A DNA stretch of 64,000 nt. Origin: Macrostomum lignano. Lineage: Eukaryota. Shown one piece after another: positions 37,623-51,078 of this stretch. The stretch covers positions 62,001-126,000 of the forward strand of contig NIVC01001908.1 of NCBI GenBank assembly GCA_002269645.1, given 5' to 3'. The position numbers and the translations under genes are program-made. Under the pieces are notes generated by a model. It was given only the letters and a program-made list of their open reading frames with translations, did not search any database and was not told the origin of the DNA. Position 1 is the first letter of the stretch. Each line of letters begins with the position of its first letter.

Positions 37623-38060
37623 CCGTGACAATTTGTATAAAATTCTACAAAAATTCTGAAATTTACACAGCAGCCGGAAATTTTCGTGCCAAAAACGCAT
37701 CGTTTTTTTGTTAGAATTGTAAATAATTCCTCATACAGGTGTCCCTCCTATACCTTGCATTTTTTAGCTAATGCATCTGGGCAAGTCAGTCCAAAGATTC
37801 ACTTAGCCGCACAGCACAGATGAGATTGCAATAACAATCCCTCCATGCTGTATTGAGCGCACAAGGTTTGTGCTTTTTCCATTAGCAGATGTTTCTCATC
37901 CAGTTTTAAATTTATCGGCACCTAAAAGTACAAAAATTATACGAAACGAGCTTTCATTTGTACAAAAACAACTCCAAAGATAAGGCTAGATCATGAAAAA
38001 GAATCGAAATCGAAAATGGAGTCCACCTTGTTTTGAGATTGGGAATCACTTGGCGTTTTG

Positions 38061-38377
38061 ATAATAATAATAATGGCATAAATTTAATACACCTACCCTA
38101 ATGTGCAGATCAGCAACCCACAGCTCAGCCGCAGCTATTTGCGCGGCGCATCTGAAGGCTGCGTACGGCTGTTCAGTCGAGGACTGGGGGGTCGCCACAA
38201 ACAGCCTCAATTACCCCAGCTAATGCTGGCACCCATTTTACAGCTGGGTGAACTGAAGCAATGCAGAGTAAAGTGTCTTGCTCAAGGACACAAATTGTTA
38301 CAAGTAGTATTGGGAATCAAACCTTCGAGACCTTCAAGTAGTGAGTCTGACGCTCTAACCACTGGGCTACAACCCTC
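38061..38377 (-). mobile_element. Second copy of the tRNA-derived CORE-like SINE
   Basis: Reverse complement closely matches 2918-3220 in the body; tRNA-like head TAGCCCAGTGGTTAGAGCGTCAGACT...GGTTTGATTCCC; ATT tail. Confidence 0.88.
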
Positions 38378-38379
38378 TT

Positions 38380-39172
38380 GAGATTTTAGACGTGGAAAAT
38401 GAGTCCCATAAGTTTTGAGACGTGGAAAATGAGTCCCATAAGTTTTGAGACGTTGAAAATGAGTCCCATAAGTTTTGAGACGTGGAAAATGAGTCCCATA
38501 AGTTTTGAGACGTTGAAAATGAGTCCCATAAGTTTTGAGACGTGGAAAATGAGTCCCAACTACAATAGTTTTGAGATGTGGAAATGAGTCCCATCAGTTT
38601 TGAGATGTGGAAATGAGTCCCATCAGTTTTGAGATGTGGAAATGAGTCCCATCAGTTTTGAGATGTGGAAATGAGTCCCATCAGTTTTGAGATGTGGAAA
38701 TGAGTCAATAAGTTTTGAGTGGAAAATGAGTCCCAACTACAATAGTTTTGAGATGTGGAAAATGAGTTCCATCAGTTTTGAGATGTGGAAAATGAGTCCC
38801 ATCAGTTTTGAGACGTGGAAAATGAGTCAATAAGTTTTGAGTGGAAAATGAGTCCCAACTACAATAGTTTTGAGATGTGGAAAATGAGTTCCATCAGTTT
38901 TGAGATGTGGAAAATGAGTTCCATCAGTTTTGAGATGTGGAAATGAGTTCCATCAGTTTTGAGATGTGGAAAATGAGTCCCATCAGTTTTGAGACGTGGA
39001 AAATGAGTCAATAAGTTTTGAGTGGAAAATGAGTCCCAACTACAATAGTTTTGAGATGTGGAAAATGAGTTCCATCAGTTTTGAGATGTGGAAAATGAGT
39101 TCCATCAGTTTTGAGATGTGGAAAATGGGTTTTATCAGTTTTGAGATGTGGAAAATGAGTTCCATCTCAGTT
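38380..39172. repeat. 29-30-bp minisatellite
   Basis: GA(C/T)GTGGAAAATGAGTCCCATAAGTTTTGA and variants. Confidence 0.95.
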
Positions 39173-39749
39173 CCATGAATGAGTTCAGCTGCCTTAAGTC
39201 TTCTAAAAGCACATCTACTATTATTAATCTCACAGGCGTGGCCGCATCAACTATTTCCGTTCGCATTGCATATCTAGATAAATATGAATATTAATGTAAA
39301 TCGAAACTCAAAAATTTAAGCTCTAAAGAGATTATAACCATATCAAAGCCAAAGTGGCAGCCATAAAAAATAATTAGAAGGCATTTTAAATGAAAGTTCA
39401 AAATACCCTCTCTGATCTCTGCCTCATACACGAAAAAAGTATTTGCTACCCCCAAATTATGATTATGAAAACTGAAAGCCAAAGGCTCCAGGGACACTAA
39501 ATCATTTCCCAACAACCCCCCCCCGCCCCCAACTGGTTGCCTGCACTCGGAAATATGAACTTCATCAGCATATATCTAAAACTTATTCAGAATCTCGTAG
39601 CTATATACTCGTAGGATATATAAGACTGCGGTTAAGTGCAGAGAGTGAGATTAGGCACAGCTGTTAAGGGACTAACAAGAACAGGGGCTTTTAAAGTAAC
39701 AAACACAGAGACACTCGCTAATCCCCTCTAGTGAGGTTATGCGACACCT

Positions 39750-42330
39750 ATCTAATGTAGATCTGTTGCTAACTGATAGAAGCGATGCGTGATTAGATCC
39801 ACGAGTAGATCTGTTGCTAATTGATAGAAGCGTGATTAGATCCATGAGTAGATCTGTTGCTAATTGATAGAAGCGTGATTAGATCCACGAGTAGATCTGT
39901 TGCTAATTGATAGAAGCGTGATTAGATCAATGAGTAGATCTGTTGCTAATTGATAGAAGCGTGATTAGATCAATGAGTAGATCTGTTGCTAATTGATAGA
40001 TGCGTGATTAGATCCATGAGTAGATCTGTTGCTAATTGATAGAAGCGTGATTAGATCCATGAGTACATCTGTTGCTAATTGATAGATGCGTGATTAGATC
40101 CATGAGTACATCTGTTGCTAATTGATAGAAGCGTGATTAGATCCATGAGTAGATCTGTTGCTAATTGATAGATGCGTGATTAGATCCATGAGTACATCTG
40201 TTGCTAATTGATAGATGCGTGATTAGATCCATGAGTAGATCTGTTGCTAATTGATAGATGCGTGATTAGATCCATGAGTAGATCTGTTGCTAATTGATAG
40301 ATGCGTGATTAGATCCATGATTAGATCTGTTGCTAATTGATAGATGCGTGATTAGATCCATGAGTAGATCTGTTGCTAACTGATAGAAGCGTGATTAGAT
40401 CCACGAGTAGATCTGTTGCTAACTGATAGATGCGTGATTAGATCCACGAGTAGATCTGTTGCTAACTGATAGATGCGTGATTAGATCCACGAGTAGATCT
40501 GTTGCTAACTGATAGAAGCGATGCGTGATTAGATCCATGAGTAGATACTTGAGTAGATCTGTTGCTAACTGATAGAAGCGTGTTTAGATCCACGAGTAGA
40601 TACTTGAGTAGATCTGTTGCTAACTGATAGAAGCGTGATTAGATCCACGAGTAGATCTGTTGCTAACTGATAGATGCGTGATTAGATCCATGAGTAGATA
40701 CTTGAGTAGATCTGTTGCTAACTGATAGAAGCGTGATTAGATCCATGAGTATATACTTGAGTAGATCTGTTGCTAACTGATAGATCCATGATTAGATCCA
40801 TAAATAGATCTGTTGCTAATTGATAGATCCATGATTAGACCCATGAGTAGATACTTGAGTAGATCTGTTGCTAATTGATAGATGCATGATTAGATCCATG
40901 AGTAGATACTTGAGTAGATCTGTTGCTAATTGATAGAAGTGTACCGATTAGATCAATTATTAGATCTGTTGCTAATTGATAGATCCATGATTAGACCCAT
41001 GAGTAGATACTTGAGTAGATCTGTTGCTAATTGATAGATCCATGATTAGACCCATGAGTAGATACTTGAGTAGATCTGTTGCTAATTGATAGATGCATGA
41101 TTAGACCCATGATTAGATCCATAAATAGATCTGTTGCTAATTGATAGAAGCGTGATTAGATCCATGATTAGATCCATAAATAGATCTGTTGCTAATTGAT
41201 AGAAGTGTACCGATTAGATCAATTATTAGATCTGTTGCTAATTGATAGATCCATGATTAGATCCATGAGTAGATACTTGAGTAGATTTGTTGCTAATTGA
41301 TAGATGCATGATTAGATCCATAAATAGATCTGTTGCTAATTGATAGATCCATGATTAGACCCATGAGTAGATACTTGAGTAGATCTGTTGCTAATTGATA
41401 GATGCATGATTAGATCCATGAGTAGATACTTGGGTAGATCTGTTGCTAACTGATAGAAGCGTGATTAGATCCATGATTAGATCCATAAATAGATCTGTTG
41501 CTAATTGATAGAAGTGTACCGATTAGATCAATTATTAGATCTGTTGCTAATTGATAGATCCATGATTAGTTCCATGAGTAGATACTTGAGTAGATCTGTT
41601 GCTAATTGATAGATGCGTGATTAGATCCATGATTAGATCTGTTGCTAATTGATAGATGCGTGATTAGATCCATGAGTAGATCTGTTGCTAACTGATAGAT
41701 GCGTGATTAGATCCATGAGTAGATACTTGAGTAGATCTGTTGCTAATTGATAGATGCGTGATTAGATATATGAGTAGATCTGTTGCTAATTGATAGATGC
41801 GTGATTAGATCCATGAGTAGATCTGTTGCTAACTGATAGATCCATGATTAGACCCATGAGTAGATACTTGAGTAGATCTGTTGCTAATTGATAGATGCAT
41901 GATTAGATCCATGAGTAGATACTTGAGTAGATCTGTTGCTAATTGATAGAAGTGTACCGATTAGATCAATTATTAGATCTGTTGCTAATTGATAGATCCA
42001 TGATTAGACCCATGAGTAGATACTTGAGTAGATCTGTTGCTAATTGATAGATGCGTGATTAGATATATGAGTAGATCTGTTGCTAATTGATAGATGTGTG
42101 ATTAGATCCATGAGTAGATCTGTTGCTAACTGATAGATGCGTGATTAGATCCATAATTAGATCTGTTGCTAATTGATAGATGCGTGATTAGATCCATGAG
42201 TAGATCTGTTGCTAATTGATAGATGCGTGATTAGATCCATAATTAGATCTGTTGCTAACTGATAGATGCGTGATTAGACCCATAAGTAGAACTGTTGCTA
42301 TCTAGATAATTAACTGAAGCGTGATTAGAT
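39750..42330. repeat. 43-bp GATC-rich satellite with 55-bp variant units
   Basis: GATCCATGAGTAGATCTGTTGCTAATTGATAGATGCGTGATTA; the central region carries a 12-bp ATACTTGAGTAG insertion variant. Confidence 0.97.
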
Positions 42331-42864
42331 TCTAGATGGATTTACCATGGATGATAAATATGACGCTTAACTTTACACCAACAGGGTAGGTAAATATGTG
42401 GGTAAGTACATGTAACTGTGTTAAAAAATTACTTAAATTAAAAGCATTGTCGTGAAAAAATTGCTTGTCATTGTCTAAAAGTTGTACTAAACAGAATGCT
42501 AGATAGTGGATGCTTAAAAACTTTTTTACTTGAAGTAAATCATTGTTCAATACAATTTAGAAATAAATACAAACACAATAGAGCTTAAGGGGCATTGACT
42601 AAGCAGAAAAGACTACAAGCTACAAGTACACAATAACTATGGGAGCAATTCTTAGACTTGGCCAAAATAGTTTTTTCAATCAGAAAATGCTGTACCTAGT
42701 AAAGACAAAGCCAGTAACAGTTCAAGTCAATAGTGGAAACAGTAACTGTTTAGACAATTTTAAAAATGCTTAACAAAAACAAACAAAAAATTTACGCCAT
42801 TCAAACATGGGTTTTCCCATGGGTCAGGCCTCACACAGAGGCCGTGTTGGGACCGGGACTTACA

Positions 42865-43338
42865 GAGGTCATGTGGGGTCAGGATTCTCAGACACAGGTC
42901 ATGTGGGGTCAGGATTCTCAGACACAGGTCATGTGGGGTCAGGATTCTGAGACACAGGTCATGTGGGGTCAGGATTCTCAGACACAGGTCATGTGGGGTC
43001 AGGATTTTCAGACACAGGTCATGTGGGGTCAGGATTCTCAGACACAGGTCATGTGGGGTCAGGATTCTCAGACACAGGTCATGTGGGGTCAGGATTCTCA
43101 GACACAGGTCATGTGGGGTCAGGATTCTCAGACACAGGTCATGTGGGGTCAGGATTCTCAGACACAGGTCATGTGGGGTCAGGATTCTCAGACACAGGTC
43201 ATGTGGGGTCAGGATTCTCAGACACAGGTCATGCGGGGTCAGGATTCTCAGACACAGGTCATGTGGGGTCAGGATTCTCAGACACAGGTCATGTGGGGTC
43301 AGGATTCTCAGACACAGGTCATGCGGGGTCAGGATTCT
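42865..43338. repeat. 30-bp minisatellite immediately downstream of the Tudor gene stop
   Basis: CAGGTCATGTGGGGTCAGGATTCTCAGACA, about 15 units. Confidence 0.97.
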
Positions 43339-43368
43339 TAGACGGCACCCCACAGCAAACATTCTCCA

Positions 43369-46300
43369 TCATACTACAAGCGGCTTAGCCAGTCTCCGTG
43401 ACACTAGCAAATCGGAGCACATCACCCCGTCCAGGTGAGGCCGCTGTCCAGACTTCAAACGAAAATTGACTCGCCTGATCCCATCAGGATCCGCCGCAGT
43501 GGAAGCCGAAGCGGCCGGCGCCACAAACACCTCCAGTGGAGTGTCAATAAATGCGTCTTTCAAACAGCCGATCGCCGCCTCGGACCAGAGCTCGGCGCTG
43601 TCCATAATCTGAGCCAGACGGACTGGCACGACGAGAGGCGGCAGCGAGGCGAAGTCGATGCCGTCATTAGCAGCAGCAGCAGCAGCGGTCGACATGTCGA
43701 ACGGGACAAACCGGTTAGTGCAGTCTAGGGCCAAGGTGTCGCCGCGATCCGGCAGGTAAACAATGGCGCCTTCCAGACAGACGCCGCGCAACAGGCGGCC
43801 GGTTTTAGAAGACTGCAACAGCAGGGAAGTGCCGGCCTGCGGCAGTTGAGTCAAACGGCTCGACTGCGGCAGCTTGACACGGGATAGCCGGTCTGGAATT
43901 ATTTAAAGTAATAAACAAATTATAGCGGGACCGATTGACTACTGTTAAGTAGGAAGGGAAGATTATTTATCATAGTGTAAATAAAAACTTAAGTAATGAG
44001 CGCATTTAATAATTAATAAATCGACCTAATGGGCCCCATTTTATGGGGGCTGTCGCATCCATGTCTCCAGTGCCACAACTACACTATCACCTGCTACTGT
44101 AACTGCAACTACTTCTCTTATTTCTACTCGTACTAGTAGTTAATAAGTACTGCTACCACTACTACTACTACTACTACTTACTACTACTACCACTAATACT
44201 ACTTACTAAATAAAGCACACCTAAAGACCTCACAAACCTTCCAGCTGTTGCACTTTAGACTGTCCAGCGGGCCCAATTTCGGTCACGTGTAACAGCCGCC
44301 TATTAGTTGTTATCCCGCACAGCTGACCATCAAAAGCGCCCGGCAGGCTGGCTAGGAGCTTTGATTGGCCAGTTATTCGCAGCAACTCTGCAGTAGTCAG
44401 CGAATTTGAAGCTTTCAACGCCATAGAAGCTCGACTCGGCGCCTGGGTCGGTGCTCGAGTCTGTTGCTGATTCGGTGCCTGAGTCGGTGCTCGAGTCGGT
44501 GTCTGACTCGGTGCTCGAGTCGGTGCCAGAGTCGGTGCCTGATTCGGTGCCTGAGTCGGTGAGTGAGTCGGCGCCTGAGTCGGCGCCTTTGATGCCTGAA
44601 TCGACGGCGTCGGCTGCAGAGATTTGCCAGTGACAGATGGGGATTCCTGATCGGCCTCGAGCACGTCCACAGGGATAAGCATGAATCCGTCGCAGGCGCG
44701 ACTTTTGCCGCAGCGACGAATAGTTAATAAGCCATTGTGCAGTTCGGCAAGCCGGAGCAGCTGGGCTGTGGCATCGGCCAAGCCAGGATCGTCATCCTTC
44801 AGGCCACGGAATGACACCTGTCATGGGGGGGGAGGGCGAACCGGTGAGATTAAGAGATTTACGAGCTATTACACACATCCTCAAAACCCATTATCAATCC
44901 CAGATCCTCCAATGATGCCTTAATCAATCCCAGATCCCAAAATCCCCTAATCAATCCCAGATCCCAAAATCCCCTAATCAATCCCAGATCCCAAAATCCC
45001 CTAATCAATCCCAGATCCCAAAATCCCCTAATCAATCCCAGATCCTCAAATCCCCTAGTTAATCCCAAATCCTCAAATCCCCTAATCAATCCCAGATCCC
45101 AAAATCCTCTAATCAATCCTAGATCTCCAAATCCCAGATCCTCAAATACCCTAATCAACCACAAATCTTCAAATCTCCTTCCAATTTTATATTCTCAAAA
45201 AATCCCAACCCTTAAAAAATCGTTATATTAATTTCATTCCCACAAGCAGCCTCAGTTACCATAGCAACTATAAATTCTCACTTGCAAGGCCCGGCACGGT
45301 GGCACGGCCAGACTAGCTGGCAGCGACCTCAATTCCGCTGCCTCTACCCGCCTTTCGACGCCAATGTCGACTAGAAATGCCCGAAACAGATTGACGCTGA
45401 GCGACTCAATGAGTTGAACTCGGCAAGCCAAACCATCGATGCATGCTATCAGGCCGCCGCTAGTACCAACGTTGTCCCTGGCAACCGATGCAGATATTTT
45501 CGATGCCGGATTAGACGCCCACGAGTCCAGTTCGGTCTGAAAATCCGGCTCGCCCGGGTTACTAGGCGGGAGTGCGCTAACCCAGAATTTGGCTGCACTG
45601 CGAAACTGCTTGGCGTCCAAATAAATACTTAGCATGGCCGTTTGGTCCAGCCTCAGCCAGTCTAACCGCCTGCGCCTGAAATTTTTAGCATTGCGGTTAC
45701 AGGCAGTGACGTAAGGCCTCCACCCGCTGCTATGATCTTCGCTCCCTCCTCACACCCGCTGCTTCTATGACCTTCGCTCCCTTCTCACCCCTGCTCCTTC
45801 TATGACCTTCGCTCCCTCTATGACCTTCGCTCCCTCCTCACACCCGCTGCTTCTTTGACCTTCGCTCCCTCCTCACAGCCGCAGCTTCTATGACCTTCGC
45901 TCACTTCTCACACCCGCTGCTTCTATGACCTTCGCTCACTTCTCACACCCGCTCCTTCTATGACCTTCGCTCACTTCTCACACCCGCTGCTTCTATGACC
46001 TTCGCTGACTTCTCACACCCGCTCCTTCTATGACCTTCGCTCCCTTCTCACACCCGCTCCTTCTATGACCTTCGCTCACTTCTCACACCCGCTGCTTCTA
46101 TGACCTTCGCTGACTTCTCACACCCGCTCCTTCTATGACCTTCGCTCACTTCTCACACCCGCTCCTTCTATGATCTTCGCTGACTTCTCACACCCGCTCC
46201 TTCTATGACCTTCGCTGACTTCTCACACCCGCTCCTTCTATGACCTTCGCTGACTTCTCACACCCGCTCCTTCTATGACCTTCGCTCACTTCTCACACCC

Positions 46301-47168
46301 GCTCCTTCTATGATCTTCGCTCCCTCCTCACACCCGCTGCTTCTTTGACCTTCGCTCCCTTCTCACACCCGCTCTTTCTATGACCTTCGCTCACTTCTCA
46401 CACCCGCTGCTTCTATGACCTTCGCTCACTTCTCACACCCGCTGCTTCTATGACCTTCGCTCACTTCTCACACCCGCTCCTTCTATGACCTTCGGGCTTC
46501 GCTGACTTCTCACACCCGCTCCTTCTATGACCTTCGCTCCCTTCTCACACCCGCTCCTTCTATGACCTTCGCTGACTTCTCACACCCGCTCCTTCTATGA
46601 CCTTCGCTCCCTTCTCACACCCGCTCCTATACTCCTGCTGCCAGCTTACACAGCAGCGGGCGGCGAACTGCAGGGAACATTGTTATGCAACGGTTGTGGC
46701 GGCGGTGGCACAGCGGCGGCGGCACCAGCGGTAGGTGCCGGCAGAGACGACAACAGTGGCAAAATTGGCAAACTGTCGTTGGAAGCAATCGACGATCTAG
46801 CTGGTTGGCTAAGACTATCATTCGAACTACGGTTTGCCGTGTTATTATTGCGCTGATTATAACTATTTCGATTAGTCTTGTGCCGTACAGTTAGTTTAAC
46901 ATTGGGCTCGACAGCATAGCCATTGAACTGATTGACAGCCTGCTCTGCTCCAGACCAATCGCGCATGTTCACAAAGCCTTGCAGAGTGCCATTGTCGAAG
47001 TGCTGTTTAATGAAAACTGATTCCACAGGTCCACAGGTCTCAAACATGCTCCATATTCTCCCCTACAGAGGTTGCATTTTTAATGGTTAGAGCAATATTG
47101 AAGCATAACAGTTAAAGTGAAGAAGTTCTAGTTAGTAATTACCTCTGCATAGTAGCTGGGCATCCCCG
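43369..47168 (-). CDS. RRM + two extended-Tudor-domain protein (TDRD10-like architecture); 5' end not resolved
   Basis: Exons 47143-47168, 46650-47062, 45282-45675, 44238-44817, 43369-43892 with consistent phases. RRM: GMPSYYAEGRIWSMFETCGPVESVF...QGFVNM...AEQAVNQFNG. Tudor: FWV...CRVQLIE...AFLVDIG...LRSLPASLAVPPCRAL. Second degenerate Tudor: VYLPDRGD...FASLPPLVVPVRLA...WSEAA. Confidence 0.8.
44870..45170. repeat. 27-bp intronic minisatellite
   Basis: CTAATCAATCCCAGATCCCAAAATCCC units. Confidence 0.9.
45725..46628. repeat. 35-bp intronic minisatellite
   Basis: TCTCACACCCGCTCCTTCTATGACCTTCGCTCACT, about 25 units. Confidence 0.97.
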
Positions 47169-47299
47169 CTAAGTAGAGTGAGTAAAAACTCATTCTTAGC
47201 TGAAAATTCATTAACGATACTTTCCATTAATATGCTTTTTAGCTTTAAGACAATTTCTGCTAAAAGCTTACCTTGTTAGTTTTTTTCTAGGGAATACCA

Positions 47300-47770
47300 A
47301 AGTCATAAAAACTCAAAATAGGGAATTTCAAAATCATGAAGACTCAGAATAGGGAATTTCAAAGTCATGAAGACTCAGAATAGGGAATTTTGAAATCATG
47401 AAGACTCAGAATAGGGAATTTCAAAATCATGAAGACTCAGAATAGGGAATTTCGAAATCATCAAGACTCACTCAGAAAAGGGAATTTCAAAATCATGAAG
47501 ACTTAGAATAAGGAATTTTGAAATCATGAAGACTCAGAATAGGGAATTTTGAAATCATGAAAACTTAAAATAGGGAATTTTAAAATCATGAAAACTCAGA
47601 ATAGGGAATTTTAAAGTCATGAAGACTCAGAATAGGGAATTTTGAAATCATGAAGACTCAGAATAGAGAATAGGCCTACCAAAGTTGTAATACTCAGAAT
47701 AGGGAATACTAAGGTTGTAAAGAATCAGAAAAGGGAATACCAAAGTTGTGAAAACTTAGAATAAGGAATA
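47300..47770. repeat. 31-bp degenerate minisatellite
   Basis: AATAGGGAATTTCAAAATCATGAAGACTCAG units. Confidence 0.9.
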
Positions 47771-48364
47771 ACAAATTTGTATAGACTTAGGTAGGGAGAT
47801 TAAATCCATGGAGGCAGAGATTTGGCACTAGGAATTAGGCATTAGCTGAGAGGCATTAAGATAAAGAAACTAGGCCCCTATGAATGTGTCAATAGATTAA
47901 GAGTCTATTACTAAACATCTTTGGTCCTAGGAAATGCTATAACTTTCTAGACTTAATTAAATATAGTATCTTGCCACTTACATATTGATTTAAACAAGAA
48001 AGATTTTAAGAAAAGGAATAGATCTAGAGACTAAATAATGAATAGAACCAAAAGAGCTAGAACAATATAGTATTATTACTCATTACTAGGGATAGACAAA
48101 CTATATACATTTGTAATACAAATAAAAAATTAAAAATATACTTTATTCAGCTTTAAAAATTAGATACTCAAAATTTATAATAAAAACCAATAAATTATTA
48201 ATATTTGCTAAAGCTTTTTGCCAAAATGACTTTTCACTAAAATATATTTTGCCAAAATGACTTTCCACTAAAATATCTTTTGCCAAAATGACTTTTCATT
48301 GAAATGGCTTAAACCTATGTATTGTGCCCTTTTTATTCTCTTATATGCAATGGCTTTCTTCATA

Positions 48365-48532
48365 CATGGGCAACCTTGGGATTTACTTGGCTGTTTCTAT
48401 TGGCAACACACACATGTAAGTCGCTATTGGCTGAGAGCAGTCACATGACTACTATTCTGTCCAATAGCGACTTACATGTGTATATTGCCAATAGAAATGG
48501 CCGAGTGATTCCAAGGTTGTGCCCAAGCATGG
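48365..48532. mobile_element. ~165-bp hairpin MITE
   Basis: Near-palindrome centred on CAGTCACATGACTAC; related inverted copy at ~57050-57200. Confidence 0.75.
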
Positions 48533-49409
48533 CTTTTTTACTTTAATGCCTATATTCTAGAAAATATTATTCTTTCGAGAACTTTTTAATATGCATTTCG
48601 CTTGGTAAACATCAAATGTTCTATGTCTATAAGAATAAAAAACCAACTATCAACATTTTAAAGTTGATGCATTTTGCACTCCGTGGTGTATCTTCAGGTT
48701 TATTTTATTAGAACAAACAAAAAACGGAGGCTAACAATAATAAATATTTGTGTGAGGCAAAAAAAGAATTTTTTAAATGCATTGCATCAGAGTAGGCCTA
48801 CAAAATTTGTCAACTTACAAATGTTGATAGTTGGCTTTTTATTCTTATTATTTACAAAGCAAGCAACTTTATCTGATTTCTATGTCTATGCATTAAGTTC
48901 TGATATGTTTTTTATACAAAATCTTTAAAATATTGATCCACAAAATAATACTCTACTCTACCTACTTAAGGTTATATCATATATCCATGCCTTGATTTGA
49001 GAAATAGCTCCTATAGGCCTAAACCTATCTCTACCTAGCTTATTAGCTTTTATCAATATGTTTCTTTGTATTGTAGGCCTATTTATTGAAATATTGATAC
49101 AATGTTTAGGCTATTCTCAAGAATAACTAAATATATAGGATCATAGCCCTAATTCTAAAAATTATGCAATATGCAGTCAATGCAGATACCTGTTAAGCAT
49201 CAAGCAAAAATATCCCAAGGGGTCAGTCTCTAATAATACATAGGCCAGTCAACCTTACAAAAAAAACTGCCATGTATGCTACAGGGTCATTTTGAAAATG
49301 CGCTGGATAGCTATTCACTATTTAGCTAGTAACTTTTTCCAATATGGAATAAGGGAGGCTATTGCTTCGTTTGTGTTCCTTCTTAACTGGGTTCTTATAT
49401 TGTGTTCCT

Positions 49410-50106
49410 CAAGGACGACTTAAGTAGGACGGGAAACCTCGTTTCTTAGAAAAGTTTTGAAGGCACTTTCTCCCGAAAAAATACACTACGGAGATAGGAA
49501 GTTTTCATATTTTCAGCACAAAAATTGTTATTGCGTTTGATAGGAGGCAGATCCAGTGTTCATCTTTTGATATGTTGTGCCTTTTTTTATTGCTCTATCG
49601 GTATTTATAAAGCTTTTCGTTCAGAAAATTAGGATTCTATGTTAATTTTTTATTCTACGCATATTTTTTGCGTGTCCTGTGCTTGAAATACATTAGAATG
49701 CCACAGCTCGGCTCTTTGGTTTCATGAGTCTATTTTATCATTCTTACCCGACTGTGTAGCAAATATTTGTAACAGAGATGATAAAATAGGTTCATAAAAC
49801 CAAATATTGGAGCTGTGTCATGCATTTTTGTGATTTTTAGATACAGGAAATATACGTAGAATAAAAAATTAACATAGAATCCTAATTTTCTGAACGAAAA
49901 GCTTTATAAATACCGATAGAGCAATAAAAAAGGCACAACATATCAAAAGATGAACACTGGATCTGCCTCCTATCAAACGCAATAACAATTTTTGTGCTGA
50001 AAAAATGAAAACTTCCTATCTCCGTAGTGTATTTTTTCGGGAAAAAGTGCCTTCAAAACTTTTCTAAGAAACGAGGTTTCCCGTCCTTCTACTTAAGTCG
50101 TCCTTG
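49410..50106. mobile_element. Foldback MITE with ~250-300-bp TIRs, CAAGG termini and 8-bp TSD (P-element-superfamily-like)
   Basis: TSD GTGTTCCT at 49402-49409 and 50107-50114. Arms are near-perfect reverse complements. Confidence 0.9.
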
Positions 50107-50139
50107 GTGTTCCTCTCTAGACTAGGCCTAGGCCTAGGG

Positions 50140-51023
50140 GGTGCAAGTTGTTTCGTCTGCTGATAGTTCGTCTGCTGAGCAGACGAAAAGTTTTCTCTTT
50201 TTAAAACTGTTCGTCTGCCGGGAAATGGGGGTGGGGCCGGGTGATGTGGAGTGGGGTGGGGAGCTGCGCAACCCACAACCTCTTTATTAACTTTGTTAAA
50301 TTGCTGTAGGAACGGATTGGTCTTTTCAAAATGAATCTTCAAAATATGTCATCCGTGCATAGAACGAAATGCAAGTTCATCGTTCATCAAATGCAAGGAT
50401 TTGCATTTTCAATCGTTACACACAATTAGCCAAGTCATAAATACCTGGGCTAAATAACTGACTGGCTTGTATTGTGATAAAAATCTATTTAAAACAGCTC
50501 ACCTCAAAAGTCACATATCGTTATCTTTTTCTGTAATCTTTTTCAGTTCCAACTTTTAGCCTATTGCTAGGGTTTGTATAGCGATAACTACGTACGTAGC
50601 ACGTAAATAACTCACTATAATTACTTAGCTTGTAAATTAGATTCAATATATTCAGCAACATTGAAAATTCGTCATCACAGAAGATTCCGAGAGTGCAGGT
50701 AAAGTCTCTCAATCTTTGTGAGTGACGCAACTTAGCTATGCCGCGGCAGACTTGAGTTGAAGAATGATCGAAGTGGGGGGAGCTGTGTGCGAGCTAGGGT
50801 TCGACGGATTGAACTATCCCACGCTCTCACATTCTCTCACTCGCTCAAACTCTCAAAATCTCATTCATTCACTCCCTCATTTATTCACACTCTCACTTAT
50901 TCTCTCCCTCTCTCACTCACTCACTCACTCACTCACTCACTCATGCACTCACTCACTCACTCACTCACTCACTCACTCACTCACTCACTCATGCACTCAC
51001 TCACTCACTCACTCACTCACTCA

Positions 51024-51078
<55 letters not shown>

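Noticed and set aside
42760-43388. ORFs (LRILTPHDLC)n, (VMWGQDSQTQ)n, (SDTGHVGSGF)n
   Set aside because: 30-bp tandem repeat beyond the Tudor gene stop codon.
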